Source of the DNA: Salisapilia sapeloensis CBS 127946
Taxonomy: Eukaryota > Protista > Oomycota
NCBI GenBank assembly: GCA_023334545.1
Contig: JAADVB010000075.1
Coordinates: 1 to 64,000, forward strand
Direction: 5' to 3'
DNA length: 64,000 nt
Both the position numbers and the translations under genes were made by a program. A model generated the notes under the pieces. The model saw only the letters and a list, made by a program, of their open reading frames with translations. It was not told where the DNA came from and did no database searches. Shown in pieces: positions 1 through 10,726 of the stretch. Each line of letters opens with the position of its first letter. Within the stretch, counting starts at the first letter, position 1.

Positions 1-140
1 TCGCGCCAACGAGAACACGCCTCTAGTCTAGTGTCGATAATGCAGTTGCTTCGCCTTGTGCCTCCATCAAGCGTACGCTCGGGACTGCACGCACACACAA
101 GCAGCTCAAGAGCAATGAATGGAAAGCTAGATTTTGCCAT
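1..140 (-). CDS. Possible 5' end of a gene running off the left edge (MAKSSFPFIALELLVCACSP...)
   Basis: ATG at 140-138 opens a stop-free frame to the window edge with a hydrophobic N-terminus. It is divergent from the SPO22-like gene. No recognisable family. Confidence 0.2.
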   Translation of the reverse strand, partial: MAKSSFPFIALELLVCACSPERTLDGGTRRSNCIIDTRLEACSRWR

Positions 141-464
141 ACACCCACTACTTTTGATCATGCTCTCGCACTCTTTACTATCTACAGATTTATAGGAAGG
201 CAATGAGCGTCTATTGTCATAGAAAGGCTCTTGCGGATGAAACTAGCTATATCTAAACTAAAGATGTTGGTGAAGAATAAAAATAGCGGTAGCTGATCCG
301 AATCGGCTATTCTCAATGAACGTAGAATTTGCCGATTCGATTATCAAGAATACAATTACATAAGATGATTGCTTAATAATGCTGAATCAGTATGCAGCGC
401 AAACACAGTCTTAATTGCATAGTATCAAGTTGAAGTTACTTTCCCTAGATTACAACAAGCCGAA

Positions 465-3400
465 ATGGAGGAAAGTAGATTTATTGATGCTGCTGCGCGC
501 TTGCACACTCGATTGCTTCAATGGATCAAAGACATCTCAGCCGTAGACACAAAAGAAGCAGATCGAGCAAGCCAAGGGCTACAAGAGCTACAGCACGCGT
601 TGGAAGCGTACGAATCGCAGCGCGTGCTCGTGCTCGATAGCTGGCAGCTCATGGATAGTGGCATTGATGTATACAATGCAGCTCGTAAAGCATTCATAAA
701 CCTCCCACACGTCTCTGAAAGCGACCTAGGACATCACATTCGCTTCCAACTTGCACGCGCACGTTATATCGCTGCTCGGATCATGCACTTATCTCTCTCC
801 TGTTCCACTGCAGACAAAGCCCACGATCAGACTAGACACAAGCAATTAAACGCAAACTACCTGAACCAATGTATCGATGTGCTCCGGTCATTCGCTCGAG
901 TGGGAGCAGTGCTGCTCGAACTCGCTAGTCACGACCCGAATCGATCCGATGAGTACCTTTCCTTGGCACAAGACGTGTTCGAGCGAGTGCAAAGTATATG
1001 GTCTGGCATCGGACTTGCTCATCTCGCAAGGTACAAAGTCGGAATGGAACTAGAAGAAGTACTGAGTGACTTGTGGACATGCTGGATGGATCGAATCCGT
1101 GTGAACCAGCTCGTAGCATCTCGTCAGGAACAAGTACTAGATAGCGTACGCGAGCTCCAGACGTTGCTACCGTACCTCCCTGCTTATACAAATGACTTTC
1201 TGGAGATGACAAAGAGAGTGAGTGATAGCTATAAGCAGCAGAGAGATGATAAGAGTCTCGCAGTGTTCACGGAAGAAGTGCTGCGGACATACGAACTCCT
1301 CGAGGGAGACATATCCTTCACAAGTGACTCTGATACGCACGCTACGAAGCAGCATATCGTCTTAAATTACTTAGAAACGCTTATTAAGGTAAAAGACGTG
1401 GAGCGTGCAGAGGCATGCTTTGCTTTGCTGCCAAACTCGAACGATGCCAAGGCACTAGCTGCCTTGGTAGCAGTCTACGTCCATACAGAGCTGTATGACA
1501 AGGCTCGGCGTACACTAGTAGCTCTATTTGAGCTAGGAAACTTACAAGAATCGTTCAAAGGCGTTCGAATGTACGTCCAGGCTTGTCACTATAGTGATAA
1601 AGCACTAGAAATCTATCAAGAGCTGCACAAATACCACGGAGCAAAGTCTTTGGAAGTAAGTGTCGAGATGGCATGCAACTTGGTAGATGCAGAAGGCAGA
1701 GAAAAACGACGAGTCGCAAGAAAGGAGCTGGAACGTGTAGCTACGTTCATCTGTGATACAAAGAGGTACCAAGTCAAACAGACTTGTGTCGACGTTTTGA
1801 TGGAAATGTGTGACTTGTGATATTGAATATAGTGAAGGTGAGCACTCGGTTTTACTAGATAAAGTGTTCCATACGATCCTGGACGCGGCACGACGCTGTT
1901 TTAACGAGAATGCAACCGAGGTACCATTGTATTATGATGATCTAAAAGCTGCTAACTCACTATACAACCATCAGGAATGCTTGGAGTGGGCAAAGACCGG
2001 GTATGACCTCGCCAGGAACGATGAACTCGCGTCCATCTACCAAAGGCAAGACAAGCATACCTTTCGATGCATTAAAACACATTTTCATAACGACATTTAC
2101 ATGTTTCCAGGGTGCTTGCACTCACACACATGAGACTTGGACATCAGGAGCAAGCACTCCAGTACGCAACCCAGGCGCATGCGTGTCAAAAGTCCAAGCC
2201 TTCGCTCTACTGCCTCTTCCAAGTGACTTTCCACTCCGATCATCCAAATGTCGATGAGCTGCACAATATTCTCAATCAGCTCCAGTCCCGAGATGACTTC
2301 CAAATCAAAGACCTCGTGGTCTTCGTGAAAGCTGCAACTGAGATGCAGACCACTGCCGACCGTTCGTTCCTTCTTAAGCTTATGGACGACCTCTGCAGCC
2401 ACTTGAAGGATGGTAAAGCTGCAAAAGAGAACCTACCAGTCGAGTACATCCTCCAGGACACAGCTCAACTAGCCTACAACTCCATTCTCCACTCGAATAC
2501 TGATCAAAAGAGTGACTCGACTTCGACAAATACCTTTGCCACCGCCTTTCGACGATACGCACACATACTAGTAGAGCTATCGACTGAGAGTCCTCCACCG
2601 TCAGATCAATTTACAGATTTTGCTGCCATCTACCAATGGTTCTACGCCACCAGGTGCGTATATATCCATTTAGACAAGAGCATGTACATCTACTAGACTC
2701 TCGAGTAGTTTCATGGTGGGTAAGACGACGGAAGACGCTTCCTTCTTCATTCTAGCTGCCGATATAGCACATCTAGCGTTCATTAGATTAGGAGATAGAT
2801 CCCCTCTACTAGATCGAGAAGCACAAAGTCTGCTAGCAGCTATTAGCTCCTGGATGAGTCGATTCGAAGAACTAGATCAAACGCAATTACGAAGCATCCT
2901 TACGCTCGTGTCGAGGTATGAGCAACTAGTCAAGAGCGACAGGATGGCAGACGATGTCAAGGAGTATCTAGTACGCTCCTAAGAGATCATCCTCATTACT
3001 TTTTATAACAGCTCGAGAGTAGACAAAGAGCCATGTTGCTTGCCAAGTACGTCTACTAGAGGCTGAACCGGATGAACTCTTTCAGCTATGCCAGAGTCGT
3101 CTACGTCCGGATGTGAAGATATATGAACAGCTAGCAGGCACATCTCTCTTGTATCATGCTGTCTACACAGATCAAGTGCTCATCAGCTTTTTGCCGTTAG
3201 AACTCGTTCTCTACGCTATCAAGTTCGAAGAAGCTTTTCATGTACAAGCTACTCCTCATCTCCGTCTACATAAGCTACTCAACTTCATACATCATAGGCA
3301 CAAGCCAAGTATCGTAAACTAGCCAGTGACCTCTTTCGTCATGCGTAAGCCTCTTCCTTTTACAAGAGTCCAAGTCGTTGGGTTCATTAGCGTTCAATAG

Positions 3401-3871
3401 TCTCCAGCTTTCACTTCAGCACGACTATGTCTCATCTGAACGAGTCAGCTACCTCTTCCGTCGGCTTATTGACTTGGCCGAATCCAAAGCGTCTGCATAC
3501 GAATGGTTCCAGCAACTTGTCCAACTGTCCGATAGCATCGCTTTGGACCTAACCGAGGCAGACACGGAGTGGTTTGTCGGTCGTGCTTGGAACATGGTAA
3601 ATACTAGACATTTATAAGCGTAGTCTGTAGTTATCTAGAGCTTAAATATGTAGGGTGTCCGATGCCATCGCAGTGAGGAAACACCAGACGCCAAGAGGTT
3701 CTTGAGTATGGCGCTATCCATCTTGGGTACGATGAGAACTATGACTTGAAAGACTTCTAAGACCAAGCTGACAGACGTTCCATTTATGTAGATAAACATG
3801 CCCAACTCTCTAGTCGCATGAAAGCAGACATGCAACAGCAGTACCATCACTTTATCTCGTCTCGACAGTAG
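465..3871 (+). CDS. SPO22: Meiotic ZMM protein SPO22/ZIP4/TEX11-like, TPR-like, multi-exon
   Basis: Chain of ORFs (465-1820, 1810-2133, 2112-2696, 2713-2982, 3113-3322, 3378-3617) joined by short GT-AG introns. The protein is helical and TPR-like. The C-terminal DTEWFVGRAWNMGVRCHR..AKRFLSMALSIL resembles the ZIP4/TEX11 W...AWN.G signature. Predicted stop TAG at 3869-3871. Confidence 0.7.
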
Positions 3872-4224
3872 CTCTAGCTTCCCTTCCATCTATAACTCCA
3901 TCCAACGCGCAATCCAACACTTTTTACCAACTCCATAAACTCCATCAGCCTACATGGACATGTACAAACACCCACATACTTTCTAATATGTCTTATGCTA
4001 CCATACACCCTCGCATGACTGGAGCATGCGGTACACTAGACTGATCGAATATCCAGACCTGATCCATACGGTACGCAATAGAGTGAGTAAGATAGACAGA
4101 TTAGTTCAAAACTGTCCGAATCCTAATAAACAATCTTCGGTCGAACCGCGTGGCCACGTCCTAGTCTTCCAACTGGATTCCCTGCCTCTTCTTAGGACAC
4201 CACTTTTGCTCTGCTATCGTAACC

Positions 4225-5397
4225 ATGGACATGTCCAAGGATAAATACCCCGGCGCGTACGTTTCTACTTGATATCGTCTTGATAAGACTACACGTGGAC
4301 GAAAAGATCGGCCGGAAGGACGCCGAGTCGAGACTGACACGTTTATCCTGCTCATAGCGCGCTTTTGACCAAACACAAGCGTAATATCGCTCTCTGGTCC
4401 GGCTTCTTCGTCGTCGTGCTCTTCTGCTACCATCTCTTTAGCGATGGCGACTTCTCTTTCCTCATGGTACGCACTCCCATCATATCTCGTCTAGATACTT
4501 TATTAACCCACAAGTAGACATTCGGTGCCTTTGTACGTGCCTTTGGCTTTGGCGTTCTCATCTTCAAAGCCTTCTCCCAGCGCTCTGTTTCAGGTACTTG
4601 CATTTGGAGCTACAAGATGGATGGCACATGACAAAATGACATAGGACTATCGCTCAAGACGCTGGAGATCTATGCTTTCGTCTTCATCTTCCGACTCAGC
4701 TCCATCCTGCGTTACCAGGGCTACTTGCCATACGACAGTAGCGGCGATTGGCTCTACTCGTTCCTCGAAGTTGCGGCCTTAGCCATGTGCGGCGTCGTCA
4801 TCTACCTTGTCACTTCCCGCTTTAACTCCACGTACGAGCTCCGATACGACAGCTTTGGCTGGCTACACATTCCCACGGAACTCGGAGCCCTCTACCTCAT
4901 CGTTCCATGCGTCCTCCTCGCCATGGTACCTAGTCATCCTCATACCAAACACGCCCGACGCTCATTTAAAAAACGTAGCTGATCCATCCGAATTTGAACC
5001 GTAACTGGCTAGCAGACGTCGCGTGGACGATTGCTCTGTACCTGGAGGCAGTGGCAATCATGCCGCAGCTCTTTATGTTCCAGAAGAGAGTACGTCACCA
5101 TCGCTTTCTAGTATGAATAGAAACTAATTTCGATTGTAGGGAGGCGGCGCAGTCGAGTCATGCATCTCGCACTTTGTCTACGCACTAGCGTTCGGCAGTT
5201 TCTTGCACCTTGTCTTTTGGTTCTCTTCGTACCATGAGCTAGGCGACAAGGACGCCGGGCAGCACGTCGGGTACACGGTCATCCTGGTCCAGATTGGCCA
5301 CATGCTCATGATGGCCGACTTCCTCTACTACTACTTCAAGAGCATGACTGAAGGTGGGCCGATGATGCTTCCGACGCACGGCGGGTACATGGCTTAA
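4225..5397 (+). CDS. ER lumen protein-retaining receptor (ERD2/KDEL receptor-like), multi-exon
   Basis: Spliced product includes FCYHLFSDGDFSFLMTFGAFVRAFGFGVL, SLKTLEIYAFVFIFRLSSILRYQGYLPYDSSGDWLY, YLEAVAIMPQLFMFQK and ADFLYYYFKS, typical of the ERD2-like family. Confidence 0.85.
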
Positions 5398-5584
5398 GGC
5401 ACTAGTTCTAGCACTTGAATACACGTCCGAAAGGCCTTTGAAATCGTAAAAAAAAGTAAACTGTATTCGTCACCGTCCATTCTTCTTTCGATGCAACCAA
5501 AACCATACAAGAACGTTTTGGCTAGATGACAAGCTTAAGATATTTCTTTCATGAAAGAAATCAAAAATGCAGAAACACGAGCCC

Positions 5585-6781
5585 TTAGTACTCTTCTTCT
5601 AGACCGAGATCTAACGTCGAGCGATCAATGTCTGGTCCCAAGAGTCGATCCGCCTTGGCACTCTGCCACAGACCTTCCTGGTTCTCCAGAGTCTTCACGC
5701 CGATGCATGTATCACACACGCGATATTTATCTTTCGAGCGGAAGCCAGAAGACAGCTGACGTTGCTGTGCAAGGGCTTCTTGTCCGTCCGGTGCGAATGG
5801 AAGATACCGCTTGTGCTTGCGGCAGCTGGAGCAACACGCTCGTCCGCACAGACGGCAGTGGTGGCCTCGACTTAATAGACCAAAAGGTTTCATACACGCC
5901 ATGCAGGTCTTTTGGATTGCCAACGACACCTTCCTCGGCGGGTGGACGATGAACTGAGCCAAGTAGGCGAGTTGGGGTTGCGTCAATTGGTGCAGCAAGC
6001 TCTGTCCGTCGTCATTCCGAAGATCTAAGCGAGCTTGATGATGGACTAGGAATGCCGCCGTCTTCCATAAGTTCTGTGTGACGGCAATGTGCAGTACCGA
6101 GTTTCCGTGGGCGTCCACCGTGTCGATGTCGCAGCCGTGCTTGAGCAAGAGACGTACGATGGTCGGTTCATCTTCCTGAGCAGTTAAGACGTGGGCAATG
6201 ATAGGGAAGATGTTGGTACGGCTCTTTGCCGTCGGGTTGGCACCTCGCCGCAGCAAGAGGGCTACGACGGCTGCCGCATCGGGCGTATTGGATGTCGCGG
6301 CAAAGTGCAGCGGCGTGTTGCCATTCCGGTCAGGGCAACTGATCAGCGGCTTGAACTCGGGTGTTGTGAGTATTCGCACGGCTTCTAGACGACCGTATCT
6401 AGCGGCGAGATGCAGCGCGATCTGTTGCTGTCGATAAGAAGCCATGGACGCGAGGTCGATGGCTCGACCGTCGTACATGGCGAGTAGCGAGAGTAGGACA
6501 CCCGGGTCGCCTCTTTTCGCGGCTCGGTGCAGTGCCGTGTACCCTCCATTGTCCGGTTTGTACGGGTGGTATCCTAGCTTCTTCCACTTGGAAGCTGTCG
6601 TAATAGAATTCTGTAGACTGGCGCTCTCGCGGATGGAGTGGAGGCCAGACAGGGTTTTTGAAAGGTGTTTGGAAACGTGCTCGCTCGCCTGCCACGAGTG
6701 GAGGCGGCGTAGGGTGGCGGGCACTTCGTAGTCCGAGTCCATCGTGGACGTGGACGTGAAGGAGCTTTCATCCCTCGACAT
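5585..6781 (-). CDS. Ankyrin-repeat plus C-terminal FYVE zinc-finger protein
   Basis: Ankyrin motifs GYTALHRAA, ALHLAARYG, GNTPLHFAA, GNSVLHIAV. FYVE motif CMACMKPF..LSRGHHCRLCGRACCSSC...RVCDTC. Start uncertain (6781 or 6742, or upstream exons in 6830-7312). Confidence 0.85.
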   Translation of the reverse strand: MSRDESSFTSTSTMDSDYEVPATLRRLHSWQASEHVSKHLSKTLSGLHSIRESASLQNSITTASKWKKLGYHPYKPDNGGYTALHRAAKRGDPGVLLSLLAMYDGRAIDLASMASYRQQQIALHLAARYGRLEAVRILTTPEFKPLISCPDRNGNTPLHFAATSNTPDAAAVVALLLRRGANPTAKSRTNIFPIIAHVLTAQEDEPTIVRLLLKHGCDIDTVDAHGNSVLHIAVTQNLWKTAAFLVHHQARLDLRNDDGQSLLHQLTQPQLAYLAQFIVHPPRKVSLAIQKTCMACMKPFGLLSRGHHCRLCGRACCSSCRKHKRYLPFAPDGQEALAQQRQLSSGFRSKDKYRVCDTCIGVKTLENQEGLWQSAKADRLLGPDIDRSTLDLGLEEEY

Positions 6782-7420
6782 TGGTCGAAAGGCTCGTACG
6801 ACTTGACACCTGTGCGTATAAAATGGCAATGTGCCGTCCGAATCGACTCTAGTCCCAGCCTATGCTGCCGCTTGCTCTTGTGAAAGGGGACTCGTATCAA
6901 GGAGCGCTTGATGGCAGCCAAGGTGCGTGACGGGCTCACTAGTCTTCGACTCCAGCGAGAAGAATGAATTTTGCCCTTCTCTTGTTGTTTATATGTGACT
7001 GACGCCTGGCTATGCAGTGGGTTCAGGTGATCGAGCGCTTTGTCCGGCAAGGAGCGTCTGCTTCGTACGAGCTCTAGATCCTTTCGACTGCAATGGCGCA
7101 GATAACCGAGATAGATAAAACGGTAGGTGACGGCAATATGCAAAGTGTCTACTACCGAGATCTACATGTAAAAGTTCGACAATCGTAGTGCGTACCGGAT
7201 CCTTCGGTGTAAGTAGCAACATGAAAAATTGGGAATGAGTAACGAGTCTGCGGACGAGAACCAGGTTCTTTAGGAGCATCGAGTCGATGTGTCCAACGTC
7301 CTTGTCTTGCATCTCGCAATCTTCGAGAAGCGTTTATCTAGTTAGTTGAATGAGGTCGCATGTAGCCATACGGTAGGTTCACTTGACACGCATCTCATCA
7401 CAATAAAAATTCACCAGGAG

Positions 7421-10400
7421 ATGCAGATCTTTAGTCGAGCTCTCTCGCTTGGAGAAGCACCACGAACAGCTAGTGTGACTAGCGCATGTCAGTCCACTGC
7501 AGACGGTACGTTCGCTGTCGCGAGTGGGGCTGTGCTACGCGTGTATGCTGGCGCGTGCGGCATCCTCCTCCATGAATTCCCGACGCTACATGCTCGCGTC
7601 TTGGCCGTGCACTACACGAGCCTACCGGACTGTCTCGTGACACTCGAAAGCGACGGACAGGATCTGCTCGATGCAGAGATCTACCTGTGTGTCTATCACG
7701 ATTGGCGCCAGCGACAGCGCGTGAGAGGATATACACTTCCATTGGGATCTCTCGAAAGCCCAACCGCCGAGAGATTAGCCAACCGAGTCGCAGTCTGCAG
7801 CACGACAGGTCGAGTCGTTGTCGCCACCGGGTCCTCGTTGAACGTATGGCAGTGCAGTCGCGGCTTCTTTGAGCACGTGCTGGAGCTCACAGTCGACTTG
7901 ACACAGCGATCGGCGTACCATCAGATCGAGTTCGTCGCGATTGATGGAAGCTACCTAGCCTACGGGTCCTCCACTGAAGTGCGTGTGCTAGAGATCCATG
8001 TAACAACGACAGAATCAGCGAAAGCTAACTACAGTTCAGTCGAGACGGAGGAACAAGAGGAAGACGGGATGCAACTACGGACACGAGCGGATTTGTACAA
8101 GATCCCAGAAGTACGTATTCCTAGCGCCAACTTTGAAGGGGCAGAGGAAGATCCTGTGACAAACGACCGAGATGTGTTCGAAGAGGAAGATCAGGTGCCG
8201 CTCGTGCTCGGACGAGATGAAGCGCAGGAGGAACAAGAGATCTTAGCCGGACTCTTGCGACCGACTGACGTGCGTGTGAACCAGGCACAAGGCTACCACG
8301 TCAGCAGCGATGGCATGCGGATGCTACTACGACGCTTCGTCCCTCCCAACCAACGACTACAGTCCTTGCGCTTCCTCCCAGAGACCGTGGAAGGCGCCAA
8401 AGGTCACGCTCGTTTGCTCGTACAGTCTCGTTGTCATGCTTTTGTCTACTTCTTCCTCTCCGCCGAAGCAGATCTCACGCGCAAGCACATGGCGCGCAAA
8501 GTCCTCGGTCGTGGCGATGGTTCATGGGCTGAAAAGCTCCAGTGGTCCGTCCAGCCACGTCGAGAGACGAGTCGTGTCGTTGTCCAATACTCGTTCAAGT
8601 CCAGCGCCACGAGTGTCGCAGCTAACAGCAGCTTCCTCTTCGTCGCGACGAGGAAAGAGCTTCAGATATGGACGATTTGGAGTCCATGCCAGTACTTGGC
8701 GACGCGAAAAGTGTTTTCCGAGTCGCAAGTGCCGCAACCATCGCAGCCGCAGCTTCTGTCGGTCGTCCCATTACCGTATGCAGCCAAGAGTATGGCAGCA
8801 TTAGACTCGTATCTCATCCTCCTTCCTCCTCATCGAGAAGAAATGGTTCGAATGAGCGACTTTTACGTCCGATCCGAGAGCGAAGCAGCAGTCGATTTAC
8901 TTCCAGAGAATGAAATCGACTTAAGGACGCAAGTAGAACCGAAGCGTCATAAAGGCGCGATGCTCGTGCTACAACAGAACGCTCCGTCTGCCATCTTCCA
9001 AAACGTCCGCACAGCCATCGCATCTCTTGAGACAGTCGGTCAGAGCCACATTGACGTCCTCCTAAGTCTCTTCTCCCTCTATCGTTTCCGCGCAGATGCG
9101 ACGTTCCAAAGGAGTAAGAAGAAATCATTGAATGACCAGGAACGAGTAGCATTGCAGGTAGAAACACGGCAGTATGGGAAGCTAGCAAGAGCGAGTGCAG
9201 GTGTCCTCGCGCACTTGTTCGTGTCGTCGGAACAAGTGAATTTGTCTCGTGCAGCACACTTGTTCGTCGTGTCAGACGTTCCATCCGAGACGGCAGTGCA
9301 GACGCTTGAAGATGTAGAGGGTGTAGACGAAGTAGACGTACAAAAGGGCGTGCAGACGTACCTCGAAGCCTTTGCATTGGCACCAAACGCCGTTGTGACG
9401 GACGACTCCTTCCGCACAAAGGTCTTGGAACACTACAAAGCACTCGGATCATCCGATCTTGCGTCGCTGATGCTCCAGTCTCGTCTAGACTGGAGTCCAT
9501 CCGACCTGGAATTTGCCTTCCAAGCGTTGGAAGGAGATGTATTCGTAGTAGAAGCTGCACGACTAGTGCTGCTAGTCCAAGGTCTCGAGAGCACAGCGTC
9601 AGGCGCTTTTATAGATGAGTGTAGTCGTGATAAAGTATCGAGTCAATTGGATTTGTTGCTGGAGAGAGGACGAGAGGAGACGATAGAGCTATGTGTGAAA
9701 CATCCAGAGCTACTAGAATCGACAGACGGGAAAGGTGTGTCTGTCTTGGCGACTGTCTTACTCGACTCACAGCCAAGTGTGCTGCTCCAAGTGCTGCAAA
9801 AGCTATTTGGAACGAACGTAAAGCAGCAGAGAGGACTGCAGCCGACTCTATTATACTGTCTACAGCTACTGGGCTCCACTGCAGCCGATAGCGTCCAACG
9901 CATCTCGCACTGGATGAACGACAAGGATGCAGTCGTGGAGGCTGCGTTGGATGGCTTCAAGGACCAAGATCTGGCGCTACTAAGCTTCCTCCTCTATGTC
10001 CTAGGAGAAAGAAGTCACGTCCAAGAGCTCGTGGATACGAGCCAAATCCCAGACGAAGACGAGGACGTCACGATGCTCTACCAAGCAGTCGCGACCGAGA
10101 CACTCTTGATCGGCATGGCACTGAGCCACCATCGCGACTGCCAAGATGAAACAATTACGCATCTACTGCCGTCTTCAACTGACGTAGAAGAGCAGCCTGC
10201 ATGGGTCCAGCAGCTTCTATCAACGCAAGAACCTGCCAACCTGCATCCGCTATTCACCAGGATGCTACAGTTGATGCAGCACCATGGCAACGTCCTCCCA
10301 CAACCTCTAATCAACGTATACGAAAAAGGCTCAAGCTCTCCGTTCTCGACACTCGTCGCACTCCTGTCGTTCCCTATGCTCTCTCGCACTCAAGATGCCC

Positions 10401-10726
10401 TACGTCTACTCTACACTCGACAAGACTTAAAGAAACTACTGCTTCCGTATGGAAAACACTTTTGTTCGACTCTAGACGAATGGAGGTTACTGCTCGAGAT
10501 GCTAGCAGACGATGACCGGGACGAAGAACAGGTGCTGGACCAAGTGCTCACGTACATTTGCTCGACACTCGGACCAGAGGAGCTTGTACAAGTGCTGCCG
10601 GAAGACGGAGATCTCGGGAGGTACATGGAGACATTGGAGCTCAACGTACGTCTGCAAAAGGCGCATGACAGTCGTCGTAGTCGACAGCCAATGCACTCGT
10701 TCCGTCAGCCACTCGTCATTCCGTAA
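7421..10726 (+). CDS. HPS3: BLOC-2 subunit HPS3-like protein, single long exon
   Basis: ORF of about 1100 aa. The N-terminus (FAVASGAVLRVY...RVLAVHYTSLPDCLVTLES...YLCVYHDWR...VAVCSTTGRVVVATGSSLNVW) parallels, from memory, animal HPS3 (LFVAAGCKVEAF...RVLRLAYSEAGDYLVAIEE...FLRAYVNWR...ISCCPVKGDLLVGC). Confidence 0.7.
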   Translation: MQIFSRALSLGEAPRTASVTSACQSTADGTFAVASGAVLRVYAGACGILLHEFPTLHARVLAVHYTSLPDCLVTLESDGQDLLDAEIYLCVYHDWRQRQRVRGYTLPLGSLESPTAERLANRVAVCSTTGRVVVATGSSLNVWQCSRGFFEHVLELTVDLTQRSAYHQIEFVAIDGSYLAYGSSTEVRVLEIHVTTTESAKANYSSVETEEQEEDGMQLRTRADLYKIPEVRIPSANFEGAEEDPVTNDRDVFEEEDQVPLVLGRDEAQEEQEILAGLLRPTDVRVNQAQGYHVSSDGMRMLLRRFVPPNQRLQSLRFLPETVEGAKGHARLLVQSRCHAFVYFFLSAEADLTRKHMARKVLGRGDGSWAEKLQWSVQPRRETSRVVVQYSFKSSATSVAANSSFLFVATRKELQIWTIWSPCQYLATRKVFSESQVPQPSQPQLLSVVPLPYAAKSMAALDSYLILLPPHREEMVRMSDFYVRSESEAAVDLLPENEIDLRTQVEPKRHKGAMLVLQQNAPSAIFQNVRTAIASLETVGQSHIDVLLSLFSLYRFRADATFQRSKKKSLNDQERVALQVETRQYGKLARASAGVLAHLFVSSEQVNLSRAAHLFVVSDVPSETAVQTLEDVEGVDEVDVQKGVQTYLEAFALAPNAVVTDDSFRTKVLEHYKALGSSDLASLMLQSRLDWSPSDLEFAFQALEGDVFVVEAARLVLLVQGLESTASGAFIDECSRDKVSSQLDLLLERGREETIELCVKHPELLESTDGKGVSVLATVLLDSQPSVLLQVLQKLFGTNVKQQRGLQPTLLYCLQLLGSTAADSVQRISHWMNDKDAVVEAALDGFKDQDLALLSFLLYVLGERSHVQELVDTSQIPDEDEDVTMLYQAVATETLLIGMALSHHRDCQDETITHLLPSSTDVEEQPAWVQQLLSTQEPANLHPLFTRMLQLMQHHGNVLPQPLINVYEKGSSSPFSTLVALLSFPMLSRTQDALRLLYTRQDLKKLLLPYGKHFCSTLDEWRLLLEMLADDDRDEEQVLDQVLTYICSTLGPEELVQVLPEDGDLGRYMETLELNVRLQKAHDSRRSRQPMHSFRQPLVIP

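Noticed and set aside
6830-7420. Possible extra small gene or upstream exons (minus ORFs 7010-7312 and 6574-7143)
   Set aside because: No recognisable motif and an ambiguous splice pattern. It cannot be distinguished from UTR or promoter without RNA data.
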